Positions 1 to 9,996 of a DNA stretch of 24,868 bases are shown piece after piece. The first letter of the stretch is position 1. Every line of letters starts with the position of its first letter. The stretch is from Bacteroidales bacterium (GTDB taxonomy: Bacteria; Bacteroidota; Bacteroidia; Bacteroidales; JAKIYJ01): assembly GCA_035451165.1 (NCBI GenBank), contig DAOTOD010000001.1, forward strand, positions 1 through 24,868, read 5' to 3'. Under the pieces are notes generated by a model, which was not told the origin of the DNA, ran no database searches, and saw only the letters and a program-made list of their open reading frames with translations. Made by a program: the position numbers and the translations under genes.

Positions 1-1
1 T

Positions 2-2014
2 CTAGTTGATGAACCTGATAAATACATAACTATTGCAACTACTCGCCCTGAAACAATATTAGGAGATACTGCTATATGCGTAAATCCTACGGACGAACGC
101 TATAAAAATATTATTGGTAAAAAAGTTAAAGTACCCATAATTAACAGAATAGTTGATATTATAGCCGATGAATATGTTGACCCAACATTTGGAACAGGCG
201 CCCTTAAAATAACTCCAGCTCATGATATTAATGATTATAATATAGGATTAAAATATAATTTACATTCTATTGATATTTTTAATGAAGATGCTACTCTTAA
301 TGAAAATGCTAAGCATTACGTAGGTAAAGATAGATTTGAAGCAAGAGAGCTTATAATAAAAGATTTAATTCAACAAAACCTATTAGAAAAAATCGAAGAT
401 TATATAAATAAAATAGGATTTTCAGAACGAACTGATGCAATTATTGAACCCCGATTATCTTTACAATGGTTTTTAAAAATGCAGGAGCTTGCTAAACCAG
501 CTTTAGATGTTGTGTTAAACGATACTGTAAAATTTCATCCACCAAAATTTAAAAATACTTACAAATACTGGATGGAAAATGTAAAAGACTGGTGTATATC
601 AAGGCAATTATGGTGGGGACATCGTATTCCTGCTTGGTACTTACCCGACGGGCAGTATGTAGTAGCTGTTAACGAAAATGAAGCTTTAAATTTAGCAAAA
701 CAAATAAATGGTTTTCATAATATAAAATTAAATGATTTAAAACAAGATGAAGATGTCTTAGATACTTGGTTTTCAAGTTGGATTTGGCCTATTTCAGTAT
801 TCGATGGAATAAGAAATCCCGATAATGAAGAAATAAAATATTATTATCCTACTAATGACCTAGTAACAGCACCTGAAATTTTATTTTTTTGGGTAGCTCG
901 AATGATTATGGCCGGATTAGAATATAGAAAAGAAATACCTTTTAAAAATGTATATTTTACAGGTATTGTAAGAGATAAAAAAGGCCGTAAAATGTCCAAA
1001 TCATTAGGTAATAGTCCAGAACCTCTTGAATTAATTGCAAAATACGGAGCTGATGGCGTTAGAGCTGGAATGTTACTTACTTCTCCTGCAGGCAATGATC
1101 TTCCTTTTGATGAAAGCCTTTGTGAACAAGGTAGAAATTTTAGCAACAAAATATGGAATGCTCTTAGATTAATAAAAAGCTGGAAAACTGAAGAAAAACA
1201 AACCCCAGATACTTCGATAATCGCTATTAAATGGTTTAAATCAAAAATTTCAGAAGAAATAATAACTATCAATGATCATTTTCAAAAGTATAGAATATCG
1301 GATGCTTTAATGGCAGTTTATAAATTAATATGGGATGAATTTTGTTCATGGTACTTAGAAATGATAAAACCTCCTTATGGAGAAACTATTGACAATACAA
1401 CATACAACGAAACTATCATATTTTTTGAAAAATTAATTAAACTACTACACCCTTTTATGCCTTTCATAACAGAAGAAATTTATCAAAACCTTATATCAAG
1501 AAAAACTGGTGATTTTATAATGATTTCAAAATGGCCCGAAGCAGAAACTATTGATAAAACCATATTAAATGATTTCAATATTGCTAATAAAATTATTACT
1601 GCAATACGAACACATCGTAAAGAAAATAATATATCTTTTAAAGAAAAAATTACTTTATATACCAATTCAAATAAAAATCAATTCGAAAGCATTATAATTA
1701 AACTTTGCAATTTATCAGAAATTATATATACTAAAAAAAGACTTGAAAACGCTTATACTTTCGTAATACAAAATTCAGAATTTTTTATTCCTGTAAATGA
1801 AAATTATTTCAATAAAAAAATTGAAATAACTAAAATAGAAAAAGAAATTTCATATTTAAAAAGTTTTCTTGAAACTGTTGAAAAAAAACTAACAAATCAA
1901 AAATTTATCGAAAACGCACCAAGTAATGTGATTGAAAATGAAAAAAAGAAAAAAATAGACATTATAAATAAAATTAAAATATTACAAGAAAACCTTGAAA
2001 GGTTGCAAAAATAA
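2..2014 (+). CDS. valS: Valine--tRNA ligase, 5'-truncated (begins upstream of window)
   Basis: The frame is open from base 2 (LVDEPDKYITIATTRPETILGDTA...GTGALKITPAHD) into the listed 479..2014 ORF. Motifs: DWCISRQLWWGHRIPAW, QDEDVLDTWFSS, KMSKS at 989-1003, anticodon-binding domain and C-terminal coiled-coil arm. Confidence 0.98.
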   Translation, partial: LVDEPDKYITIATTRPETILGDTAICVNPTDERYKNIIGKKVKVPIINRIVDIIADEYVDPTFGTGALKITPAHDINDYNIGLKYNLHSIDIFNEDATLNENAKHYVGKDRFEARELIIKDLIQQNLLEKIEDYINKIGFSERTDAIIEPRLSLQWFLKMQELAKPALDVVLNDTVKFHPPKFKNTYKYWMENVKDWCISRQLWWGHRIPAWYLPDGQYVVAVNENEALNLAKQINGFHNIKLNDLKQDEDVLDTWFSSWIWPISVFDGIRNPDNEEIKYYYPTNDLVTAPEILFFWVARMIMAGLEYRKEIPFKNVYFTGIVRDKKGRKMSKSLGNSPEPLELIAKYGADGVRAGMLLTSPAGNDLPFDESLCEQGRNFSNKIWNALRLIKSWKTEEKQTPDTSIIAIKWFKSKISEEIITINDHFQKYRISDALMAVYKLIWDEFCSWYLEMIKPPYGETIDNTTYNETIIFFEKLIKLLHPFMPFITEEIYQNLISRKTGDFIMISKWPEAETIDKTILNDFNIANKIITAIRTHRKENNISFKEKITLYTNSNKNQFESIIIKLCNLSEIIYTKKRLENAYTFVIQNSEFFIPVNENYFNKKIEITKIEKEISYLKSFLETVEKKLTNQKFIENAPSNVIENEKKKKIDIINKIKILQENLERLQK

Positions 2015-2038
2015 ATATAACTTAAAAAATTCTAAAAT

Positions 2039-3433
2039 ATGGATTTCGATTTAATAATAATAGGAAGTGGCCCAGGTGGATACGTAGCAGCAATAAGAGC
2101 ATCACAACTAGGATTAAAAACAGCATTAATAGAAATGGCTGAACCCGGTGGTGTATGCCTTAACTGGGGATGTATTCCCACAAAAGCTTTATTAAAAAGC
2201 GCTCAAGTATACGAATATATTAAACATTCATCATTATATGGAATTAAAACTGACGAAAAAGTAATACCTGACCTAGAAGCTATCGTAGAAAGAAGTCGAC
2301 AAGTAGCTAACAATATGAGCAAAGGTGTAACTTATCTTATAAAAAAAAATAATATAACTTTTATAAAAGGCAAAGCTAAAATTTGTCCTGGTAAAAAAGT
2401 AGAAATTACAAATGGTATAGAAACAACGCAAACTATCAACGCCAATAACATAATTATTGCTACTGGAGCAAGAGCAAAACAATTGTCCAATATCCCCATT
2501 GATGGTAATAAAATCATTAGTTATCGTGATGCTCTAACCTTAAAGAAAAAACCTAATTCCATATTAATAATAGGTTCAGGAGCCATAGGTTGTGAATTTG
2601 CATATTTTTATAATTCTTTAGGAACTAAAGTTACTATTATTGAGTTCATGCCAAATATAATACCTCTCGAAGATGAAGAAATATCTAAACATTTAGCACG
2701 TTCTTTTAAAAAAGCTGGAATAAAAATAATGCTCTCTTCATTAGTTACTAATATTGATAAAAACAATGAATTATGTAAAGTTAATGTAAAAACTTCTTCA
2801 GGAGAAGAAGTAATAATTGAAACAGAATTAGTACTATCTGCTATCGGCATAAAATCTAATATCGAAAACATTGGACTTGAAGACGTAGGAATTAAAACAG
2901 AAAATGATAAAATAATTGTTGACAAATTTTATAAAACAAACATAGAAGGTTATTATGCTATTGGTGACGTAATACCGGGACCAGCTCTTGCTCACGTAGC
3001 TTCTCACGAAGGCATCATTTGCGTAGAAGCAATTGCTGGAAAAGATCCAGAACCTTTAAACTATAATAACATACCTGCATGTATTTATACTCAACCAGAA
3101 ATAGCTTCAGTTGGGTTAACTGAAAAAGCAGCTATTGATAAAGGCTATACAATTAAAATAGGTAAATTTCCTCTAACTGCTTCTGGAAAAGCACATGCTT
3201 TAGGAGAAACAGATGGCTTTATTAAAATTATTTTTGATGCTGAAACTAATAACTGTCTAGGAGCACACATAATAGGGAATAGCGCAACTGAAATTATAGG
3301 AGGTCTTGTGATGTCTCGCAAACTAAATATAAAGGCCCAACAAATAATAAAAACCATATTCCCTCATCCTACTATATCCGAATCGCTAATGGAAGCAGCA
3401 GCAATAGCATACGGAGAAGCTATTAATATATAA
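2039..3433 (+). CDS. lpdA: Dihydrolipoamide dehydrogenase (E3)
   Basis: FAD-binding GSGPGG, redox disulfide GGVCLNWGCIP, NAD-binding GSGAIG and C-terminal HPTISE catalytic motif; 464 aa. Confidence 0.96.
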   Translation: MDFDLIIIGSGPGGYVAAIRASQLGLKTALIEMAEPGGVCLNWGCIPTKALLKSAQVYEYIKHSSLYGIKTDEKVIPDLEAIVERSRQVANNMSKGVTYLIKKNNITFIKGKAKICPGKKVEITNGIETTQTINANNIIIATGARAKQLSNIPIDGNKIISYRDALTLKKKPNSILIIGSGAIGCEFAYFYNSLGTKVTIIEFMPNIIPLEDEEISKHLARSFKKAGIKIMLSSLVTNIDKNNELCKVNVKTSSGEEVIIETELVLSAIGIKSNIENIGLEDVGIKTENDKIIVDKFYKTNIEGYYAIGDVIPGPALAHVASHEGIICVEAIAGKDPEPLNYNNIPACIYTQPEIASVGLTEKAAIDKGYTIKIGKFPLTASGKAHALGETDGFIKIIFDAETNNCLGAHIIGNSATEIIGGLVMSRKLNIKAQQIIKTIFPHPTISESLMEAAAIAYGEAINI

Positions 3434-3456
3434 TTAACTCAACACCTATGTCAAAA

Positions 3457-5349
3457 ATGTGTGGAATAACAGGAGTTTATATTTTAAATGAAAAAGGAGT
3501 TGATTCTTTTGCTTATTTAGCAAAAGCTATAGAAGCTATGCAACTAAGAGGCCCCGATCAAAAAGGACTATTTGTTGATAAAAAAGTAGCTTTAGGTCAC
3601 GTAAGACTTTCAGTAATTGACACTTCAGAAGCTGCTTCTCAACCTTTTTACGATGAAAGTCAACGTTACGTTATTGTATTCAACGGCGAAATATATAATT
3701 ACAAAGAATTAAAAAAAAACCTCATCAAAGAAGGGCATTCTTTTAAAACCTCTTCAGATACTGAAGTTTTATTAAAATTATATATTAATTATAAAGAACA
3801 TTGTTTAAATAAGTTACATGGCTTTTTTGCATTAGCTATATTTGATAAAGAAACTAATGAATTATTTATTGCAAGAGACAGAATAGGGATTAAACCACTT
3901 CTTATTTATCAAGATGAAAATAAAATCATTTTTTCATCCGAAATGAAAGCTTTATTATCTTATAATATCAAACTCTCTCTCGACTATATATCATTATTAA
4001 ATTACCTTCAATTAAATTATATTCCACCTCCAGATTCTATTTTCACAGAAATAAAAAAATTAACCCCGGGTTCATGGTTAAAAATAAAAGACAATCATAT
4101 AGAACAAGGCACTTTTTACACAATACCACTTATAAGCCAAAATAACTATAATAAAATACCTTTTACTGAAGCTTGCCAAAAATTAGAAAATTTATTAGAA
4201 CAAGCTGTAGCCAAACGATTAGTTGCTGACGTACCTTTAGGTGCATTTTTAAGTGGAGGTATTGATTCATCAATCATTGTTGCCTTAGCGTCTAAACATA
4301 CATCTAAACTAAACACTTTTTCTATTGGATTTAAAGATGAACCTTTGTTTGATGAAACTTACTATGCAAAACTTGTAGCAGATAAATACAATACTAATCA
4401 TACAGTATTTTCACTTACTACAAATGACATATTTAATGAATTTAATAATATTTTAGATTATATTGATGAGCCTTATGCAGATTCCTCTGCATTAGCTTTC
4501 TATATATTAAGTAAAGAAACGCGTAAACACGTTACTGTTGCTTTATCAGGCGATGGTGCTGACGAAATGTTTGCAGGATATAATAAGCACCTTGCCGAAT
4601 ATAGAACAAGAAAATTATCTTTAATTATACCTTTACTACAACTTTCTTCTCCTATATTAAATATTTTGCCTAAATCAAGAAATTCAAAATACGGAAATTT
4701 TTTCAGACAATTAGACAGATTTATTAAAGGCGCTAATTTACCAAAATCAGAAAGATACTGGATATGGTGTACATATGCTAATCTAAATGAAACTTTACCT
4801 ATTCTTAAAAATAAACCTGATTTAAATGACTATATACATAGAAAAAATAAAACATTATCGCATATAACCACTAAAGGTGATATGAATGAATTTTTTTACA
4901 CAGATATGCATCTTGTACTTCAAGGTGATATGTTAGTAAAAGCTGATTTAATGTCTATGGCAAACTCTCTTGAAGTAAGAGTTCCTTTTCTTGATCATGA
5001 ACTTGTAAATTTTATGTTTACTCTCCCTCCTGAATATAAAATAAATAAATATGGTAGGAAATTCATACTTAAACAAACTTTTGGACATTTATTACCCGAA
5101 GAGCTTTTAAAACGAAGTAAACATGGATTTGAAGTACCTCTTTTAAAATGGTTTCGTACAGATTTAAAAAACACTATTGAATTTGATTTACTTTCAGAAA
5201 GTTTTATAAAAGAACAAAACATTTTTAATTATTCTGAAATACTAAAACTTAAACAAAAACTTTTTTCTTCTAATCCAGGTGACTCTGTAGCAAGGATATA
5301 TGGATTAATTGTATTTCAACATTGGTATAAAAAATATTATAATAAATAA
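3457..5349 (+). CDS. asnB: Asparagine synthase (glutamine-hydrolysing)-family amidotransferase, probably polysaccharide-associated
   Basis: The Ntn-type GATase needs an N-terminal Cys, so the start is placed at ATG 3457 (MCGITG) rather than 3448. Motifs: RGPD, FNGEIYNY, SDTEV, RDRIGIKPL, LSGGIDSS, LSGDGADE. The glycan-modifying role is inferred from context only. Confidence 0.9.
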   Translation: MCGITGVYILNEKGVDSFAYLAKAIEAMQLRGPDQKGLFVDKKVALGHVRLSVIDTSEAASQPFYDESQRYVIVFNGEIYNYKELKKNLIKEGHSFKTSSDTEVLLKLYINYKEHCLNKLHGFFALAIFDKETNELFIARDRIGIKPLLIYQDENKIIFSSEMKALLSYNIKLSLDYISLLNYLQLNYIPPPDSIFTEIKKLTPGSWLKIKDNHIEQGTFYTIPLISQNNYNKIPFTEACQKLENLLEQAVAKRLVADVPLGAFLSGGIDSSIIVALASKHTSKLNTFSIGFKDEPLFDETYYAKLVADKYNTNHTVFSLTTNDIFNEFNNILDYIDEPYADSSALAFYILSKETRKHVTVALSGDGADEMFAGYNKHLAEYRTRKLSLIIPLLQLSSPILNILPKSRNSKYGNFFRQLDRFIKGANLPKSERYWIWCTYANLNETLPILKNKPDLNDYIHRKNKTLSHITTKGDMNEFFYTDMHLVLQGDMLVKADLMSMANSLEVRVPFLDHELVNFMFTLPPEYKINKYGRKFILKQTFGHLLPEELLKRSKHGFEVPLLKWFRTDLKNTIEFDLLSESFIKEQNIFNYSEILKLKQKLFSSNPGDSVARIYGLIVFQHWYKKYYNK

Positions 5350-5389
5350 TTTATTTATACCTTTACATCTACAAAATATAAAATTAATA

Positions 5390-6592
5390 ATGCCTAAAAT
5401 ATTAAGAATAATAAATAGATTTAATTTGGGAGGCCCTACATATAATGCTGCATATTTATCTCGTTATATGCCCTCAAATTTTGAAACTTTATTAGTAGGC
5501 GGAGCCAATGAAAAAACGGAAGCAAATTCGCAATATATTGTAAAAACATTAGGGCTCGACCCTATCATTATCCCTGAAATGAAAAGAAGCATAAATCCTT
5601 TATGGGATATTATCGCTTACCGAAAAATACTTAAAATAATTAAAGATTTTAAACCTGATATTGTACATACTCATGCATCTAAAGCAGGAGCTTTAGGTAG
5701 AACAGCTGCCTACAAACTTAATGTACCTGTAATAATACATACTTTTCATGGTCATGTATTTGATGCTTATTTCAGTAATTTTAAAGCAAACTTTTATAAA
5801 CAAATTGAAAGAAATCTTGCTAAAAAGTCTTCATGCATAATTGCTCTTAGTGAAAACCAGAAAAACGACTTGGTATATAAGTATAAAATATGTGAAGAAA
5901 ATAAAATTAAAATAATACCCTTAGGCTTTGATTTATCAAAGTTTCAAGAAAATATGGATTTAAAAAGAGCTGAATTTAGAAAGAAATATAGTTTAGATGA
6001 AGATGAAATAGCTATAGGAATAGTAGGAAGAATAGTACCTATAAAAAATCATACATTGTTTATTAAAACTATCCATAAAATAATTAATAATAATGAAAAT
6101 AAAAAAATTAGGGCTTTTATTGTGGGAGACGGGGAAGATAAACAAAAAATACAAAATCTTGCAACAAGTCTGGGAATAAGTTGGGCAAATAATAACATTA
6201 AAATATCTGAAAAACCAAAAATAATATTTACTTCGTGGATTAAAGAAGTAGATTATGTTAATGCAGGTATGGATATAATTGTATCTACATCCCTAAACGA
6301 AGGGACACCTGTAAGCCTTATAGAAGCTCAAGCCGCTAATAAACCTATTGTTTCATCTGATGTTGGCGGTATACAAAACATTGTTATACCTCAAAAAACA
6401 GCTTTATTATTCAAAAATAATGATGAAAATGATTTTTATGAAAAACTATCTCAATTAATAAATAACGACACACTAAGATTAAATTTATCTAACAATGGCT
6501 GGGAACATGTAAAATCGAAATTCCATTATAGTAGGCTTGTAGATGATATGTCTACATTATACTATGAGCTCCTTACGAAAAATAAAAAATAA
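5390..6592 (+). CDS. Glycosyltransferase family 4 (GT-B fold)
   Basis: HTHASKAGALGR and SLNEGTPVSLIEAQAANKPIVSSDVGG (EX7E motif). The start is placed at ATG 5390 (MPKILRII) because the longer 5309 start overlaps asnB. Confidence 0.9.
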   Translation: MPKILRIINRFNLGGPTYNAAYLSRYMPSNFETLLVGGANEKTEANSQYIVKTLGLDPIIIPEMKRSINPLWDIIAYRKILKIIKDFKPDIVHTHASKAGALGRTAAYKLNVPVIIHTFHGHVFDAYFSNFKANFYKQIERNLAKKSSCIIALSENQKNDLVYKYKICEENKIKIIPLGFDLSKFQENMDLKRAEFRKKYSLDEDEIAIGIVGRIVPIKNHTLFIKTIHKIINNNENKKIRAFIVGDGEDKQKIQNLATSLGISWANNNIKISEKPKIIFTSWIKEVDYVNAGMDIIVSTSLNEGTPVSLIEAQAANKPIVSSDVGGIQNIVIPQKTALLFKNNDENDFYEKLSQLINNDTLRLNLSNNGWEHVKSKFHYSRLVDDMSTLYYELLTKNKK

Positions 6593-6668
6593 ATATTTTT
6601 ATCTTTAAACTATAATAAAATATATAACAATTATATTAATGTTTTCGTTAAATTTTGTAAAATTCAAA

Positions 6669-6699
6669 TTGTTTATTATAAAAAAATTATGTAGGTTTG
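6669..6699 (+). promoter_or_regulatory. Bacteroidota primary-sigma promoter for wza-wzc-rfbC
   Basis: TTG (6669-6671), a 20-nt spacer, then TAGGTTTG (6692-6699). This matches the -33 TTTG / -7 TAnnTTTG consensus and lies 17 nt before ATG 6717. Confidence 0.65.
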
Positions 6700-6716
6700 T
6701 TCAAATTTTTCCAGTA

Positions 6717-7463
6717 ATGAAAAATTACTCATTTACTTATTTCTTTATCTTAATTATTATCTCATTTTCTTCTTGTAAAGTATTTGATTCTTCTAGAATG
6801 TTAAGGGTTAAGCCGGGGTATCCTTATGCAAAATTACCTGATAATAACATAATAACTGATGAATACAGAATAGCACCTTACGATAAGTTAAATCTAATAT
6901 TATTCTCAAACCAAGGAGAAAAAATAGTTAAGATTATGGGTGATTTGTATACTCAAAACAACAGAGAAGCTACATTTGAAGTTGATTATGACGGTACTGT
7001 CAGATTACCTGTAATAGACCGTGTACATATAGCTGGAATGACTGTCAGAGAAGCAGAAAAATTAATTGAACTTAAATATTCACAATACTATCAACAACCA
7101 TTTGCTTTATTATCTGTTTCTAATATGAGAGTTACTGTATTAAGAGGCGGTAATTTAGCCAAGGTAGTAACACTCGAAAGACCTAACACTACTTTATTAG
7201 AATTAATAGCAATGACTGGTGGCACAGAAGATATAAAAACCCATAAAATAAAATTAGTGAGAGGTGATCTTAGAAATCCAGAAATTTATTTAATAGATTT
7301 ATCGACTGTCGAGGGTTTAGCACAAGGAGGTATAATTGTTCAAGCTGGTGATATAATTTATCTTCCACCAAGAGACAAAGTTGCTTCTAGAGCAATGGGA
7401 ATAATTACGCCTTACCTTACTTTATTTTCTTCGCTATTACTTATTTACAATATAATAAAATAA
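6717..7463 (+). CDS. wza: Polysaccharide export (OPX/Wza family) lipoprotein
   Basis: Lipoprotein signal MKNYSFTYFFILIIISFSS-C; Poly_export signature YRIAPYDKL...DGTVRLPVIDRVHIAGMT; SLBB-like region; amphipathic C-terminal helix. Start 6717 is preferred over 6639 because of the signal peptide and promoter position. Confidence 0.88.
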   Translation: MKNYSFTYFFILIIISFSSCKVFDSSRMLRVKPGYPYAKLPDNNIITDEYRIAPYDKLNLILFSNQGEKIVKIMGDLYTQNNREATFEVDYDGTVRLPVIDRVHIAGMTVREAEKLIELKYSQYYQQPFALLSVSNMRVTVLRGGNLAKVVTLERPNTTLLELIAMTGGTEDIKTHKIKLVRGDLRNPEIYLIDLSTVEGLAQGGIIVQAGDIIYLPPRDKVASRAMGIITPYLTLFSSLLLIYNIIK

Positions 7464-7475
7464 CAATAGTAAAAA

Positions 7476-9995
7476 ATGCAAGCTAAAAAAATACCAAACT
7501 TTAACGACGAATTTGACATAAAGTTACTTTTACATATTACTAGAAAAAATATTTTATATACAGTAGCTTTTGTTGCAATAGCTCTAACAATAGCATTTTT
7601 ATATCTGCGATACTCTTACCCTCTTTACCAAACTAAAGCTCTAATTCAACTCGACATTGAAGATAAAACAAACAAATTTCTACTAAACACTATGAATTTT
7701 GATGAAGGCAAAAGCAGCCTGATAGGAAGAATTGAATTACTACGCTCTCCTTTTTTTATAAAAAAAGCTTTAGCTAAGCTACCTTTAGAAGTTAGTTATT
7801 ACAGAAAAGGTACAATTCTTAATTATGAACAATATAAAACAAATCCTTATGTTGTTGAAGCCCAAGTGAATAATCCTGAAATATATGGCACACCTATATA
7901 TCTTGAGTTTTTAGGCAAAAATAAATATGCTATTTCTTATTCTTTACCCGGTGGCATAACAAGGGATAGTGAATTCCTTATTTCAGAAAAAGCTATGTTT
8001 CCTGAAGTTACTTTAAATATATCTTTTCAAACTTTTGGCTCTGGAAAAATGCCTCCTCCTAACATAACAAAAAGTACCTATTTTTTTATACTAAATAAAC
8101 CCGACGATATAGTTACATATTACTCACAACGCTTATATATTAACATAGCTAACCAAGAAGCCAAAACCATTTCTATAACATATAATGACAGAAACCCGGA
8201 TAAAGCTGCCGATATAGTAAATGCTGTAGCCGAAGAATTTATTGCCTATGATGTAGAAAAAAAATCTGAAAGTGCTGATAAAATTTTAGATTTTATTGAT
8301 AAACAAATGGCCCTAAGCTATGATCAACTAATACAAGCAGAAAATAATTTAGAAGCTTTTCGTCAAGAACATGGCATAGATTCTATAGAAAATAATATTA
8401 AACTTCCATCCATATCATCAAGAGTTAATGATTTAGAAAAACAACTAGTAGATATAGAAATGCAAGAAAAAAATTTACTTGACATTGAAAATACTATAAG
8501 TAAAGACAAAGATATTGATATTTATAAACTTATAGCTTTAATTGCAGGAAGTGAATTTCAAACATCTTTTGACCCTTTAATAACTTCGTTAAAAGATCTA
8601 TTAACTAAAAAAGAAATACTCCTTTATTCAGTAACACCTAATAGCGGTGAAATTAAATCACTAAACTATCAAATAAATGTACAGAAAAAAATCCTTATTG
8701 AACATATTAAAGCTTTAAAAGGCAATATTGTTAAAAGAAAAGAAGAAATCCAGAATAAAATAAACGAATACAATACTTTTATAAGAAATGAATCTGAAAA
8801 GTATAATGTCTTAGAATATGCACGTTTACAAAGAATATATTCTTTGAACGAAAAATTTTATAATCAATTATTAGAAACAAAAGTTAAATACTTAATTGAT
8901 AAGGCTGGCTATGTTTCAAAAAATAGCATTTTACAACCAGCTAAAGTCCCAGATATTCCTATATCTCCCAAACGTCGTTTAATATGGATAGGTAGTTTAT
9001 TAATAGGTGTATTTTTAGGAATTGTACTTATTGCCGTAAAGTATCTTCTTTATAATACTATTACTTCATTGAAAGATATAACTAAATATACTGATGCTCC
9101 TGCTATTGGTATCATACCTAAATATAAGAACCGTATCCCTGTATCTCAATTAATTGTGGATAAAAATCCTAAAAGTCTTATTGCAGAATCAATAAGAGCT
9201 ATAAGAACTAACCTCCAATTTATTAATGATGAACCCGGACCTAAAATAGTTGCTGTTACTTCTACTGTATCAGGTGAAGGTAAAACATTTTTTTCTATTA
9301 ACCTTGCAGGAGTATTGTCATTTTCTGATAAAAAAATAGTTGTAATAGACCTTGACTTACGTAAACCTAAAATTCATGTCGGATTTGGTGTTGAAAATAA
9401 AAGAGGAATGAGTACTATTCTTGCAGGTAAAGATAATGTCGAAGATTGTATTAAGCATAGCAATCTCGAAAACCTCGATTTTATAACAGCAGGGCCAGTT
9501 CCTCCAAACCCATATGAATTAATATTAGGAATTAAAATGGAACAAACCCTTACCATACTAAAGAAAAAATATAACTATATAATAATAGATAATCCTCCAA
9601 TCGGCGTTGTAACTGATGGTATGCGAGCTTTACAACTCGCCGATTATCCTATATATGTTTATAAAGCTGATTATTCAAGAAGGTTTTTTATTGAAACAAT
9701 GGAATACATTAGGAAAAATAATAATATATCGAAACTTTCTTTTATACTAAATAGTGTAGAAATACAAAATCATTACTATTCATACAAATCTAAAAAAGGC
9801 TACGGATATGGGTATGGCTACCGATATGGGTATGGATATGGCTATGGGTACGGGTATGGATATGGCTACGGGTATGGTTACGGATATGGGTATTATGATG
9901 ACGAAAAACATCAAAAAAGGAGTACTTTCTTTACTAAATTATCTAAAATATTACCTTTGCCTACAAAAAGAAAAACAAAAAGAAACGTAAACTAA
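7476..9995 (+). CDS. wzc: Polysaccharide co-polymerase / BY-kinase (Wzc/GumC family)
   Basis: Two TM segments flank a coiled-coil periplasmic domain. Walker A STVSGEGKT, A' IDLDLRKP, Walker B IIIDNPP, and a C-terminal Tyr cluster. Confidence 0.93.
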   Translation: MQAKKIPNFNDEFDIKLLLHITRKNILYTVAFVAIALTIAFLYLRYSYPLYQTKALIQLDIEDKTNKFLLNTMNFDEGKSSLIGRIELLRSPFFIKKALAKLPLEVSYYRKGTILNYEQYKTNPYVVEAQVNNPEIYGTPIYLEFLGKNKYAISYSLPGGITRDSEFLISEKAMFPEVTLNISFQTFGSGKMPPPNITKSTYFFILNKPDDIVTYYSQRLYINIANQEAKTISITYNDRNPDKAADIVNAVAEEFIAYDVEKKSESADKILDFIDKQMALSYDQLIQAENNLEAFRQEHGIDSIENNIKLPSISSRVNDLEKQLVDIEMQEKNLLDIENTISKDKDIDIYKLIALIAGSEFQTSFDPLITSLKDLLTKKEILLYSVTPNSGEIKSLNYQINVQKKILIEHIKALKGNIVKRKEEIQNKINEYNTFIRNESEKYNVLEYARLQRIYSLNEKFYNQLLETKVKYLIDKAGYVSKNSILQPAKVPDIPISPKRRLIWIGSLLIGVFLGIVLIAVKYLLYNTITSLKDITKYTDAPAIGIIPKYKNRIPVSQLIVDKNPKSLIAESIRAIRTNLQFINDEPGPKIVAVTSTVSGEGKTFFSINLAGVLSFSDKKIVVIDLDLRKPKIHVGFGVENKRGMSTILAGKDNVEDCIKHSNLENLDFITAGPVPPNPYELILGIKMEQTLTILKKKYNYIIIDNPPIGVVTDGMRALQLADYPIYVYKADYSRRFFIETMEYIRKNNNISKLSFILNSVEIQNHYYSYKSKKGYGYGYGYRYGYGYGYGYGYGYGYGYGYGYGYYDDEKHQKRSTFFTKLSKILPLPTKRKTKRNVN
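9798..9896 (+). repeat. Degenerate hexamer repeat (GGNTAY) encoding the (GY)n tyrosine cluster of Wzc
   Basis: Sixteen consecutive 6-bp units (15 GY and 1 RY) plus a final Y, read directly from the sequence; synonymous codons vary between units. Confidence 0.97.
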
Positions 9996-9996
9996 A

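Noticed and set aside
844-5222. Short antisense ORFs inside valS, lpdA and asnB
   Set aside because: They are shadow ORFs opposite well-supported genes, with no recognisable motifs.
5309-6716. Longer N-termini for GT4 (5309) and Wza (6639), and an apparent asnB/GT4 overlap
   Set aside because: Downstream ATGs (5390, 6717) fit the family N-termini, the signal peptide and the promoter position better.
9798-9896. Repeat tract as a CRISPR array or phase-variable microsatellite
   Set aside because: It has no spacers or cas genes. Units are 6 bp, in frame and synonymously degenerate, so slippage would alter length rather than switch the gene on or off.
9808-9990. ORF with MGMATDMGMDM repeats
   Set aside because: It is an alternate-frame reading of the Wzc (GY)n repeat.
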